Assembly (NCBI GenBank): GCA_963760885.1
Contig: CAVXEY010000005.1
Location: 8,641 to 72,640, forward strand
Reading direction: 5' to 3'
DNA: 64,000 nucleotides
From: an uncultured delta proteobacterium
GTDB taxonomy: Bacteria > Desulfobacterota > Deferrimicrobia > Deferrimicrobiales > Deferrimicrobiaceae
A model generated the notes under the pieces. It searched no databases. It worked only from the letters and a program-made list of their open reading frames with translations, and was not told the origin of the DNA. Shown piece after piece: positions 20,201 to 29,341 of this stretch (position 1 is the first letter of the stretch; every line of letters begins with the position of its first letter). A program made the position numbers and the translations under genes.

Positions 20201-20899
20201 TTGCCCGACATAGCGCAGTTCCTCCACAAGTTGTCCGTATATGCGATCCCGGTGATCATTGCGATCACCTTCCACGAGGCGGCGCACGGATGGGTCGCGT
20301 ACAAGAAAGGGGATCCCACGGCGAAGATGCTGGGGCGGGTGACGCTCAACCCGATTCCCCACATCGACCCGTTCGGGACGATCCTCCTCCCGGCCTTGAT
20401 GCTCCTGCTGGGGACGGGGATCGTGTTCGGGTGGGCCAAGCCGGTCCCCGTCAATTTTCGCCTGCTGCGCGACCAGAAGCGGGACCCGATCTACGTCTCC
20501 GCCGCGGGGGTCGTCACGAACCTCGCCCTGGCCGCATTCTCGGGTATCCTCTTCCGCATCCTCACCGCCATCGACCCGTCCCTCCTGCTCGAGGCGATGA
20601 CGCACGGCGCCGCCCCCCTGGCGCAGACCCCCGCGCGCATAGTTCTCGTCCCCCTGACGCTCATGTGCATCGTCTCGGTGCAGTTCAACGTGCTCCTGGC
20701 CGTCTTCAACATGATCCCGATCCCTCCCCTGGACGGCGGACGGATCGCCGTCGGACTGCTGCCGCCCGGTCCCTCGATGGCGCTGGCGTCGGTGGAGCGG
20801 TACGGCATGCTGATCATTCTTCTGCTTCTCATGGTCGGACCGCTTGGTATAATCTGGCGGTTCGTCGACACACTTTCGACATTCATCCTGGGCGGATAA
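20201..20899 (+). CDS. site-2 protease family (peptidase M50) membrane protein
   Basis: TTG start. HEAAH zinc motif, NPIPHIDPFG, PLDGG. Confidence 0.8.
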   Translation: MPDIAQFLHKLSVYAIPVIIAITFHEAAHGWVAYKKGDPTAKMLGRVTLNPIPHIDPFGTILLPALMLLLGTGIVFGWAKPVPVNFRLLRDQKRDPIYVSAAGVVTNLALAAFSGILFRILTAIDPSLLLEAMTHGAAPLAQTPARIVLVPLTLMCIVSVQFNVLLAVFNMIPIPPLDGGRIAVGLLPPGPSMALASVERYGMLIILLLLMVGPLGIIWRFVDTLSTFILGG

Positions 20900-20923
20900 C
20901 CCATCACCGACGGAGGCGAGGCG

Positions 20924-21904
20924 TTGCGCAAACGGGTCTTGAGCGGCATGCGGCCGAGCGGTCAGCTTCACCTGGGGCACTACCTCGGGGTCCTGGTCAA
21001 CTGGAAGAAGCTCCAGGAGGAGAGCGACTGCTTCTTCTTCGTCGCCGACTGGCACGCGTTGACCACCGAGTACGACCGCACCGCCGTGATCCGCGAGAAC
21101 ATCGACGACATGGTCATCGACTGGCTGGCCTCCGGAATCGACCCGCGGAAGGCGACGATCTTCATCCAGAGCCACGTCCCCGAGCACGCCGAGCTGCACC
21201 TGCTCCTCTCCATGATCACGCCGCTGCCGTGGCTGGAGCGGAACCCGACCTACAAGGAGCAGCTCCGGGAGGTGACCACCCGCGACCTGCAGACATACGG
21301 CTTCCTCGGCTACCCGGTCCTCCAGGCGGCCGACATCCTGATGTACGACGCCACGAGCGTCCCCGTCGGCATCGACCAGGTTCCGCACCTCGAGCTGACC
21401 CGCGAGATCGCCCGGCGGTTCAACTTCCTGTACAGGGAGTGCCTGACCATCCCCGACGCGTTCCTGACCGAAACGTCGAAGATGCTGGGGACCGATAACC
21501 GGAAGATGAGCAAGAGCTACGGCAACGCGATCCTCCTCTCCGACACGGCGGAGGAGGCGTGGGCAAAGGTGAAGCCGATGATCACCGACCCGGCGCGCCA
21601 GCGGCGCACCGATTGCGGGAACCCCGAGATCTGCAACGTCTTCGCCTACCACAAGATCTTTTCCGACGACGCGACGATCGCCAAGGTGGACGTCGGCTGC
21701 CGCACCGCCGGCATCGGGTGCGTCGAATGCAAGAAGTGGATGTTCGAAGGGATGGAGAAGGTCCTCGCCCCCGTCCGGGAGAAGCGCCTGCAGGTCCTCG
21801 AAAGCGGCGTCTCCGTGCGCGACATCCTGGCCGACGGCACGCGCCGCGCGCGGGAGGTGGCGGTCACCAAGATGGCGGAGGTCCGCGACGCTGTCCGGAT
21901 CTGA
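20924..21904 (+). CDS. trpS: tryptophan--tRNA ligase
   Basis: Class I motifs LHLGHY and KMSKS. Confidence 0.9.
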   Translation: MRKRVLSGMRPSGQLHLGHYLGVLVNWKKLQEESDCFFFVADWHALTTEYDRTAVIRENIDDMVIDWLASGIDPRKATIFIQSHVPEHAELHLLLSMITPLPWLERNPTYKEQLREVTTRDLQTYGFLGYPVLQAADILMYDATSVPVGIDQVPHLELTREIARRFNFLYRECLTIPDAFLTETSKMLGTDNRKMSKSYGNAILLSDTAEEAWAKVKPMITDPARQRRTDCGNPEICNVFAYHKIFSDDATIAKVDVGCRTAGIGCVECKKWMFEGMEKVLAPVREKRLQVLESGVSVRDILADGTRRAREVAVTKMAEVRDAVRI

Positions 21905-21968
21905 CGACAAGCCGGATCTCGTCCGGCACGACGGCGACGCCTCGACAAGCCCCGTCGGTGCGGTCCCG

Positions 21969-22718
21969 CTGCGCCTCGACGTCTTCGAGGGGCCCCTCGA
22001 CATCCTGCTGCACCTGGTCCGCGACCAGAAGCTCGACATCAACGACATCCCGATCGCGAAGATCACCGAGCAGTACCTTGCCTACCTCGACCTGATGCAG
22101 GCGCTGAACCTCGAGGTCGCGGGCGAGTTCCTGGTGATGGCCTCCACCCTCGTCCACATCAAGTCGAAATCGCTCCTGCCGCGCCACGGGGACGAGGAGG
22201 AAGAGGAGGACCCCGAGGTGATGCGCCAGGAGCTGTCCCGGCGCCTGATCGAGTACGAGCGGTTCAAGGAGGCGGCGGCGCGCCTGGGCGAACGCCCGGT
22301 GCTGGGGCGGGACGTCTTCGTCCGCGATTTCCTCGGGGAGGAGATCCCGGGCGAGGAGCTCGTCATCACCGAACTGTCGATGGCGGACCTCATCACGGCC
22401 TTCAAGGAGGCACTGGCGCGGATGCCCGCCGACGCCGCCGCGGAGTTCTCCGTCGAGCGGCTTACCATCGCCGACGCCATCGCCTTCCTCCTCGATCGCC
22501 TGAAGGAAGAGGGATCCATCCGCTTCGAGGACATCGTCGCGCATTGCCAGTCGAGGAACGAGATCGTATCCTTTTTTCTGGGCATCCTCGAGCTGGTCCG
22601 ACTCAAGACGATTCGCGTGTACCAGGCGAACCCGCTGGGGCTGATCAGCATCGTGCCCGCCGTACGGGAGACCGAAGATGGAAGAGACGCCGAAACCGAA
22701 TCCGCCGACGGGGAGTGA
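21969..22718 (+). CDS. scpA: segregation and condensation protein A; start codon uncertain (no in-frame ATG/GTG/TTG before 22095)
   Basis: The conserved N-terminus VFEGPLDILLHLV..QKLDINDIPIAKITEQYL is encoded in frame upstream of the listed ORF 22095..22718. Only CTG codons (21891, 21969) are available as starts. Confidence 0.7.
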   Translation: MRLDVFEGPLDILLHLVRDQKLDINDIPIAKITEQYLAYLDLMQALNLEVAGEFLVMASTLVHIKSKSLLPRHGDEEEEEDPEVMRQELSRRLIEYERFKEAAARLGERPVLGRDVFVRDFLGEEIPGEELVITELSMADLITAFKEALARMPADAAAEFSVERLTIADAIAFLLDRLKEEGSIRFEDIVAHCQSRNEIVSFFLGILELVRLKTIRVYQANPLGLISIVPAVRETEDGRDAETESADGE

Positions 22719-23598
22719 GCCGCCGGCCTCCGCCGACCCCCCGGCCGCGCCGCGTGCGGAGGAGGAGGCGATCAGCGTCGACGAGCTGCTGCGCCCCGCC
22801 GCCGAAGAAGCGCCGGAGCCGCCGGAGCCCGACGCCGATCTTCCGCGAGCCGCCTCGATCCTGGAGAGCCTCCTCCTCGTTTCCACCGAGCCGATCCCCG
22901 CCGAAAAGGCCCGCCAGCTGCTGGGCGGCCTCAACCGCGCCCAGGTGCGGGAGGTGCTCGCCCTCCTCAGGGCGAAATACCCCGCGGACGCCTCGGGCAT
23001 CCTCGTGGAGGAGGTGGCCAAGGGGTTCCAGTTCCGCACCAACCCGGCCAACCAGGAGCACGTGCGCCGCCTCTTCGACGTGAAGCCGCCGCGCTTCTCC
23101 CGCGCCGCGCTGGAGACGCTGGCGATCATCGCCTACAAGCAGCCGCTGACCCGGCAGGAGATCGAGCAGATCCGCGGCGTGGATTGCGCCGGGTCGTTGA
23201 AGACCCTCATGGACCGGCGGCTCGTGAAGGTGATGGGGAAGAAGGACGTCCCCGGCAAGCCGTTCCTCTTCGGCACCTCGCGGGAGTTCATGGAGACGTT
23301 CAGCCTCGGCTCCCTCTCCGAGCTGCCTTCGATGCGGGATATCGAGGATTTCCTCGCCACCTCCACCGGGACGCCGCTCGAGGAAGGCCGTCCGACGATG
23401 CACCTGCCGCCGATCCCCGACAGCGGGATCGAGCAGGGCGGGGACGAACTCGCCGCGAGCCTGGCCGAGGCCGGGCCGGCGGCGGAAGCGGAGCCCGTCC
23501 CGGAAGGGAGGATCCCCGCGGACGTGACCGAGGCCGCGCTGTCGGACGCCGCGTCGAAGGCGGCAGGCGAGGGGAGCGAGCCCGAAAATGCCAACTGA
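22678..23598 (+). CDS. scpB: segregation and condensation protein B
   Basis: Motif block ALETLAIIAYKQPLTRQEIEQIRGV...GKPFLFGTS, after an acidic/Pro-rich N-terminal extension. Confidence 0.85.
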   Translation: MEETPKPNPPTGSEPPASADPPAAPRAEEEAISVDELLRPAAEEAPEPPEPDADLPRAASILESLLLVSTEPIPAEKARQLLGGLNRAQVREVLALLRAKYPADASGILVEEVAKGFQFRTNPANQEHVRRLFDVKPPRFSRAALETLAIIAYKQPLTRQEIEQIRGVDCAGSLKTLMDRRLVKVMGKKDVPGKPFLFGTSREFMETFSLGSLSELPSMRDIEDFLATSTGTPLEEGRPTMHLPPIPDSGIEQGGDELAASLAEAGPAAEAEPVPEGRIPADVTEAALSDAASKAAGEGSEPENAN

Positions 23599-23607
23599 GT
23601 GTCCCAA

Positions 23608-23752
23608 TTCACAAATATGGCTGCATTCGACCGCCGCTGCATCCGCTCCGGCTGCGTTGCGCTCCTTGCGCCGTACTTACTCAGTACGCCTCAGTCGCGC
23701 GCCTTGCCGGCGCGACGCATCGACGCTCTCGGTGCTTCGCCCTATTTATGAA
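23608..23752 (-). repeat. 145-bp intergenic repeat element (copy 2, inverted relative to copy 1)
   Basis: Reverse complement aligns with 8778-8922 over its whole length with few mismatches. Confidence 0.85.
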
Positions 23753-24761
23753 TAGGAACACTGAGCGCCTGAACCGGTACCTCTCGCTGGCCGCGAGCGT
23801 CTCCCGCCGCGTGGCCGACGAGATGGTCCGCAACGGGCGGGTCACGGTGGGCGGCGTAACGATCCTGGACCCCGGCACGCTGTGGGACCCGTCCACGCAG
23901 GAAGTGCGCCTCGACGACCGAACGCTCGTTCCCGTCCAGGAAGAGAAGATCTACATCATGCTGTACAAGCCCGACAACGTGGTGACCACGATGAAGGACC
24001 GGGAGGGCCGCAAGACCGCCCCGTCGCTGATCGGCGAGCTCTCCTCCCGCGTCTTCCCCGTCGGCCGACTCGACTTCCACACGACCGGGCTGCTCCTTCT
24101 CACGAACGACGGCGAGTTCGCCTACCGGCTCACCCACCCGCGCTTCGGCGTCGAGAAGACGTACATCGCCAAGCTGCAGAGCGTCCCCCGCCCGGCGGAG
24201 CTGAACGTCCTGCGGCGCGGCGTCGCGATCGAGGGGAAGATGACGACCCCCGCCCAGGTCAACTTCATCGAGAAGAAGGGCGGCAAGGCGTGGGTCATGA
24301 TGCGCATCGCGGAAGGCCGGTACCACCAGGTGCGCAAGATGTTCGACGCCATCGGCCACCGGGTGACCAAGCTGCGCCGCGTCGCGATCGGCCCGCTGGA
24401 GCTCGCCGGCGTCGAGCCGGGGGAGTGGCGCTACCTCACCTCGAAGGAAGTGCGGGAGATGAACGCCTACATGGACCGCCGGGAGGTGGAAGTCGCCGGC
24501 CAGAAGGCCCCCGCCGACGTGCCGCGCCACCCGAAGCGGATCGAGACTCCCGCCGACCGCGGGAAGCGGAAAGTGATCAAGCAGTCGATCAACGAGGCGG
24601 CGCGCAGGAAAGAGATCGAGAAGGAGAAGGCGGCCGCCGCGGCCAGGGACGCCGAACGCAAGGGAACGCGCCAGCCGAAGCCCGCCTGGAAGCGGGGGGC
24701 GAAACACCCCGGGAAGAAGAAATCCCCCCCGAAGCCCCGGGGACCGTTCAAGAAGCGGTAG
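23748..24761 (+). CDS. rluB: 23S rRNA pseudouridine synthase, RluB/RsuA family, with Lys/Arg-rich tail
   Basis: ATG 23748 inside listed ORF 23184..24761. S4 domain (ERLNRYLS...), catalytic PVGRLDFHTTGLLLLTNDG. Confidence 0.85.
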   Translation: MNRNTERLNRYLSLAASVSRRVADEMVRNGRVTVGGVTILDPGTLWDPSTQEVRLDDRTLVPVQEEKIYIMLYKPDNVVTTMKDREGRKTAPSLIGELSSRVFPVGRLDFHTTGLLLLTNDGEFAYRLTHPRFGVEKTYIAKLQSVPRPAELNVLRRGVAIEGKMTTPAQVNFIEKKGGKAWVMMRIAEGRYHQVRKMFDAIGHRVTKLRRVAIGPLELAGVEPGEWRYLTSKEVREMNAYMDRREVEVAGQKAPADVPRHPKRIETPADRGKRKVIKQSINEAARRKEIEKEKAAAAARDAERKGTRQPKPAWKRGAKHPGKKKSPPKPRGPFKKR

Positions 24762-24785
24762 CCGCCTCGACGAAACCGTTCTCGC

Positions 24786-25772
24786 TCACCCCGTCACCCG
24801 CAGGACGATCTTCCCGATATTGGCGTTCGACTCCATGCGCAAGTGGGCGTCGCCGACTTCCGTCCAGTCGAAGACGGAATCGACGATGGGCACGAGCCTC
24901 CCGTCGGCGAACCGGGGGAGGGCGAAACTGGCGAAATGCCCCGTGAGGCGGATCTTCCGGGCGGCGTCCATCGAGCGGAGCCCCGCCCCCGCGATCTGCA
25001 GCCGCTTCGACATGAGCGTCCGCAGGCTGAGCTTCCCGACATCGGCCCCGCCAAGGGTTCCTATGACGACCATCGTGCCGTCGACCGCGAGGGCCTCCAG
25101 GTTCTGCTCGAAATACGGCGCCCCGACGAAATCCAGGACGATGTCGACCCCGCGCCACCCGGTCTGTTCGGCGACCCAGGAGGCGAACGGCCCGTCCTTG
25201 TAATTCCACCCGGCACGCGCGCCCAGCGCGACGCACCGCGCGATCTTTTCCGGGGACCCCGCCGTGACGAGGGAGCTTCCCCCCGACTCGCGAACCAGCT
25301 GGATCGCCGCCGTCCCCACGCCGCTCGCCCCCGCGTGGATCAGGACCGTCTGCCCGGAAGCGAGGCGCGCCACGTTGAACAGGTTCTGGAAAGCCGTGAG
25401 AAACACCTCGGGGATCGCCGCGGCCTGCTCGAAGGAGAGAGGTTCGGGAATCCGCATCGCCAGTCCCGCGGGGATGGACACGAGCTCCGCATACCCGCCA
25501 CCCGGCAGCAGGGCGCACACCCGGTCCCCCTGCGCCCACCCCTCGCACGCGGCGCCGACCTTTGCCACCTCTCCCGCCATCTCGAGCCCGAGGATGTCCG
25601 GCACCCCCTTGGGAGGAGGGTGCTTCCCGCGACGCTGGAGCAGGTCGGCGCGGTTGAGCGCCGTCGCCCGGACCCGGACGAGTAGCTCGTCCTCCTTCAT
25701 GACGGGATCGGGGTGCTCCTCGATGTTGAGGAACTCGATGCCTCCCAACCCGCTCATCAGAATCGCTTTCAT
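24786..25772 (-). CDS. NAD(P)H:quinone oxidoreductase (medium-chain dehydrogenase/reductase family)
   Basis: 328 aa. Nucleotide motif HAGASGVGT. MDR-type N-terminal GroES-like region. Confidence 0.8.
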   Translation of the reverse strand: MKAILMSGLGGIEFLNIEEHPDPVMKEDELLVRVRATALNRADLLQRRGKHPPPKGVPDILGLEMAGEVAKVGAACEGWAQGDRVCALLPGGGYAELVSIPAGLAMRIPEPLSFEQAAAIPEVFLTAFQNLFNVARLASGQTVLIHAGASGVGTAAIQLVRESGGSSLVTAGSPEKIARCVALGARAGWNYKDGPFASWVAEQTGWRGVDIVLDFVGAPYFEQNLEALAVDGTMVVIGTLGGADVGKLSLRTLMSKRLQIAGAGLRSMDAARKIRLTGHFASFALPRFADGRLVPIVDSVFDWTEVGDAHLRMESNANIGKIVLRVTG

Positions 25773-25800
25773 GTGCGCACCTCCTGAATCCGTGTCCGGT

Positions 25801-26724
25801 TCAAAGCGCCAATGGCTTGGTGATATCCACGCCGGGGAGGACGCGGGCCATCACCGACTGGAGCTGCTCCCCCGCGGACGCGATCAGCTGCGCGCCCGGG
25901 TGGCGCACACGGTTGCTCCGGAGGAGTCCCCGCAGCCGGTAGATCTCCTTGCGGATGGCGATTCCCGGCTGCTGCTCGAAGACGATCAGGGGAAGGAAGC
26001 GGCGGTACAGCTCCCACGCATCCTCCATCCGGCCGTCCCGGACCGCCTTCACCATGGCGATCAGCACCTCGGGGAAGGCGAACCCCGTCATGAACCCGTC
26101 GCTGCCGCGTTCCAGGTCGAACATCCCGTAGAGGGCCCCGAGTCCGGTCAGGACGGGCACCCGCCGGTCCTTCATCCCCGAGATCAGGGCGGCGATCCTG
26201 GCGGGGGTCGGGGGCGCTTCCTGCTTGATGCACGCGATCCGCGGGATCTCGTTCACCATCCGCAGGATCAACGGCGCGGACATGTGGACTTCCGTCGAGC
26301 CGGGGTGGTCCTGCAGGACGATGGGGATGTTGATCTCGTTCGCCACCTTCCGGAAATATTCGAAGATCCGCTCCTCGTTGGGAACCGCTTCCTTCGACGG
26401 GGTCATCATGACGGCGGACGCGCCCAGGGATTCCGCCATCATGCTGAGGTAAAGGGTCGCCTGCGTCCCCTTGTGACTGGTCCCGACGACGACGGGGATC
26501 CGCCCGTCCGCCGCCGCCACCGCCGCCATGATCAGTTGCTCCCGCTCGGAATCGACCAACCGGTTCGATTCCCCCAGCACCCCCAGGATCGTCACGCCGT
26601 CCACGCCGATCTCCGCCATGAACCGGATCTCGCGGACGAACGACTCGAGGTCGACGCCCTCCTTCCCGTCGAACGGGGTCACCAGGATCGGAAAGACCCC
26701 CTTGAAACTCACGTCCGTCGCCAT
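25801..26724 (-). CDS. dihydrodipicolinate synthase/N-acetylneuraminate lyase family aldolase
   Basis: Start set to ATG 26724, which has a GGAGGG RBS. Motifs ILVTPFDG, GVTILGVLGE, VVVGTSH. Confidence 0.75.
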   Translation of the reverse strand: MATDVSFKGVFPILVTPFDGKEGVDLESFVREIRFMAEIGVDGVTILGVLGESNRLVDSEREQLIMAAVAAADGRIPVVVGTSHKGTQATLYLSMMAESLGASAVMMTPSKEAVPNEERIFEYFRKVANEINIPIVLQDHPGSTEVHMSAPLILRMVNEIPRIACIKQEAPPTPARIAALISGMKDRRVPVLTGLGALYGMFDLERGSDGFMTGFAFPEVLIAMVKAVRDGRMEDAWELYRRFLPLIVFEQQPGIAIRKEIYRLRGLLRSNRVRHPGAQLIASAGEQLQSVMARVLPGVDITKPLAL

Positions 26725-26761
26725 GGTTTTCCCTCCCCGCGAAACCGCGTTGATGGAACAA

Positions 26762-27787
26762 CTATATCCGATATCCCGCCTCCTTGAGTCCCTCCAGGAA
26801 CCTTCCACCGTCCTTCCGGGATCGGTTCCGGATGTACTTCCCGTAATGCTTGAAGATCATGTCCAGGGAGCCGTGTCCCAGCATGCGTGCCACCCAGAGC
26901 GGATCCTCGCCGTGGCCAAGCATGAGCGACGCGAAGGTGTGCCGCGTCTGGTACATCGTGCGCCGTCGCAACCCTGCCGCGGCGAGCGCGGGATACCAGA
27001 TCCGTTTCCGAAGGTTGTTGACTTCGAGAGGCCTGCCGGTTTTCCCCGGGAAAACGTACGTCGTTCCCGGCCGAGCCTCCTGTCGATGCTTCCGCAACGC
27101 CTCGAAGAGGGGATCGAGCATGTCGATGTCGCGATAGGAAGACGTCGTCTTGGGCGGTCCTTCGATTCCAAGGACGCGGCCTTCCCGAACGGTGATGCAC
27201 CGCATCTCGAAATCCACGTTGGACCATTTGAGCGCGATCATCTCGTTGGGCCGCATCCCCGTCAGGAACGCGGTCGTGAAATACGCCCCGTAATGGGGAG
27301 CAACGTGTTCCAGGAGAAGGTTCATTTCCTGGAAGGAGAAGGGGTCGATGAACGGCTTGATTTCCTTGAGACGGCGGATGTTTTCGGTGGGCGGTTCATC
27401 GATCTCTTCGCGCCGACTTGCGTCGTTGAAAAGACACTTCAGCGGGACCATGATGTTGTTCTTTCGCTTCGCGGAGATGTCCGGGAGGTTGCCGAGGAAC
27501 TCTTCCACGTCGCGCCTTGTCACCCGGCATAGCGGCATGTTCCCGAAGTAGGGGAGGACATATTTCTTCCAGATCGAACGGTAATCGCCATAGGTGGAGC
27601 GGGCAAGGGTCGCCTTCTTCCTCTCCAGCCAGGCCGTTGCGTAAATAGAGAAGGGAGTGGTGTCCCCCTCTGAGATCTTCAGGAACTCCCGCTTGGCGAT
27701 CTTGACCAGCAGATCCTTGATGGAATTCGATTTCCCGCGTCGATCGATACGCACTGCTGGCACCCTCCGGATTTCGAACCAGGTCAA
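26762..27787 (-). CDS. tyrosine-type integrase, paralogue of 45651..46793 with shortened/divergent N-terminus
   Basis: Alignable by eye with the 380-aa integrase over about 320 aa. C-terminal YQTRHTFASLML...ARMLGH...HYGKY. Confidence 0.85.
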   Translation of the reverse strand: MTWFEIRRVPAVRIDRRGKSNSIKDLLVKIAKREFLKISEGDTTPFSIYATAWLERKKATLARSTYGDYRSIWKKYVLPYFGNMPLCRVTRRDVEEFLGNLPDISAKRKNNIMVPLKCLFNDASRREEIDEPPTENIRRLKEIKPFIDPFSFQEMNLLLEHVAPHYGAYFTTAFLTGMRPNEMIALKWSNVDFEMRCITVREGRVLGIEGPPKTTSSYRDIDMLDPLFEALRKHRQEARPGTTYVFPGKTGRPLEVNNLRKRIWYPALAAAGLRRRTMYQTRHTFASLMLGHGEDPLWVARMLGHGSLDMIFKHYGKYIRNRSRKDGGRFLEGLKEAGYRI

Positions 27788-27927
27788 ACCGGGAATAGAT
27801 CAGAATCCGATCCGCCTCACCTGCCTCCGCGCCCTTTCTTTGAGGTCACAAATTGTGATTTCAAACCGTGAATATCCGATTCAATTATTGTGCCCAATTC
27901 GAGAGTCGATGGCGTGCGCGGGGAGGG

Positions 27928-27977
27928 TTGACGAATATGAATATACGTACTACTATTTCGTAAACGTAATACGAAAT
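27928..27977 (+). promoter_or_regulatory. putative sigma-70 promoter with overlapping operator for vapBC
   Basis: TTGACG (27928-33), 17 nt spacer, TACTAT (27951-56). 8-bp inverted repeat ATTTCGTA/TACGAAAT (27955-62 / 27970-77). Confidence 0.45.
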
Positions 27978-27997
27978 GACAGAAAGGTTAAAATACC

Positions 27998-28225
27998 GTG
28001 GGAACCGTCAGGACGCTTTCGAAAGGGCAGATCGTCATCCCCGCCGGCCTCCGGAAGAAATTCCGCATCGAGCCGGGGACCGAAATGCAGATCATGGAGT
28101 ACGGCGGCATCATCTATCTCATCCCCCCGGTGGATGATCCTGTGCGCGCGGCGTGCGGCGCTCTTCCCGCTGAACCCTCCCTCGGGGATCGGCTTCTCGT
28201 GGATCGGAAGAAGGATTCCCGTTGA
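27998..28225 (+). CDS. vapB: AbrB/SpoVT-family antitoxin
   Basis: 75 aa. SKGQIVIPAGLRKKF swapped-hairpin motif. 4-nt overlap with the PIN gene. Confidence 0.75.
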   Translation: MGTVRTLSKGQIVIPAGLRKKFRIEPGTEMQIMEYGGIIYLIPPVDDPVRAACGALPAEPSLGDRLLVDRKKDSR

Positions 28226-28629
28226 AGGAGAAGGTTCCTCTCCTTTTCGACAGCCACGCTCTCCTGAAGTTGTTCCAGAAGGAGGCGGGACACGAGAAGG
28301 TCGCCCGCATGCTTGCACAAGCGATGCGGTCGGGTACGCCGATATACATGAACGCGATCAACCTAGGAGAGATCGTCTACTCTACGAAGCGCGCATTCGG
28401 GGACCAGAAGAAGATCGAGGTCCTCGCGCACGTGGAACGCCTTGGATTCCGCATCCTCCCGGTACCGAACGACCTGGTCTTCCGGGCGGCCGAGTACAAG
28501 GCGTCCTTCAGCATGTCGTTCGCGGACTGTTTCGCCTTGGCATCCGCCGTGGAATACGGGGCGATCCTGGTTACCGGCGATCCCGAGTTCCGGGCAGTCG
28601 AGCACCTCGTCACGATCGCTTGGGTGTAG
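28222..28629 (+). CDS. vapC: PIN-domain toxin
   Basis: 135 aa. LFDSHALL N-terminus, acidic residues in FADCFAL and VTGDPEF. Confidence 0.8.
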   Translation: MKEKVPLLFDSHALLKLFQKEAGHEKVARMLAQAMRSGTPIYMNAINLGEIVYSTKRAFGDQKKIEVLAHVERLGFRILPVPNDLVFRAAEYKASFSMSFADCFALASAVEYGAILVTGDPEFRAVEHLVTIAWV

Positions 28630-28658
28630 GGGGGAAACGATAAGCAGCCCTGCATAAA

Positions 28659-28889
28659 ATGGATGACATGAAAACTTCAACGGTCACATTCCGCATTGAG
28701 CCTGACCTCCAGAAACTGCTCGACAAGGTTTGCAAGCAGTCGGACCGTACGAGAAGCGACATAGTCCGCGACTCGCTCAAGCGCCAGTTGTCGATCATCC
28801 GTTTCAAGCAACTGCGCCGGCGGGTACTGCCCTTTGCGGAAGCACGGGGATATTTCACGGATGAGGATGTGAACAAGGCCCTGTCGTGA
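28659..28889 (+). CDS. ribbon-helix-helix (CopG-like) protein, apparently orphan antitoxin
   Basis: STVTFRIEPDLQKLLDKVCKQSDRTRSDIVRDSLKRQL is an RHH pattern. No intact toxin gene downstream. Confidence 0.6.
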   Translation: MDDMKTSTVTFRIEPDLQKLLDKVCKQSDRTRSDIVRDSLKRQLSIIRFKQLRRRVLPFAEARGYFTDEDVNKALS

Positions 28890-28972
28890 TGGGCTTTCTC
28901 GATATTATCCACGCACGCGAAGTTCGAATATCGGCTGAAGGGTATCCCCTGATCGATTTGTAGGGAGAGCTG

Positions 28973-29161
28973 TTGATGGCGATTAAGACCGAACATGCTG
29001 GCGCAAAGAATGGAGGCGGGTATTGGGGTAAACGGGCCGAGGCAAAGCGTCGCTCCAGGCGACTTCGGCGAAAGGAAGATCGAAAGGCAATTCGCAGGGG
29101 GTTAGGCGAGCGTGGAGGGGAGACGAGAGGAAATATCCATTCGGACTTCAACCGAGGTTGA
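28973..29161 (+). CDS. hypothetical small basic protein
   Basis: 62-aa ORF only. No recognisable domain. Confidence 0.3.
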   Translation: MMAIKTEHAGAKNGGGYWGKRAEAKRRSRRLRRKEDRKAIRRGLGERGGETRGNIHSDFNRG

Positions 29162-29199
29162 CACAATCGCGAGCGAAGGGTATATTTAATAATTCATGA

Positions 29200-29277
<78 letters not shown>

Positions 29278-29284
29278 AAAACAT

Positions 29285-29320
29285 AAGGGAATCGCAGAGA
29301 TGCGGTTCCCTTTTTTATTT
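29285..29320 (+). terminator. rho-independent terminator after tRNA-fMet
   Basis: AAGGGAATCGCA-GAGA-TGCGGTTCCCTT followed by a T6 run. Confidence 0.7.
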
Positions 29321-29341
29321 GTTCTCCTCTGACGGAAGCCG

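Noticed and set aside
28886-28963. Possible 25-codon stump of a PIN toxin after the RHH gene (VMGFLDIIHAREVRISAEGYPLIDL).
   Set aside because: It is too short and too weakly similar to PIN N-termini to support. I note only that the RHH gene lacks an intact partner.
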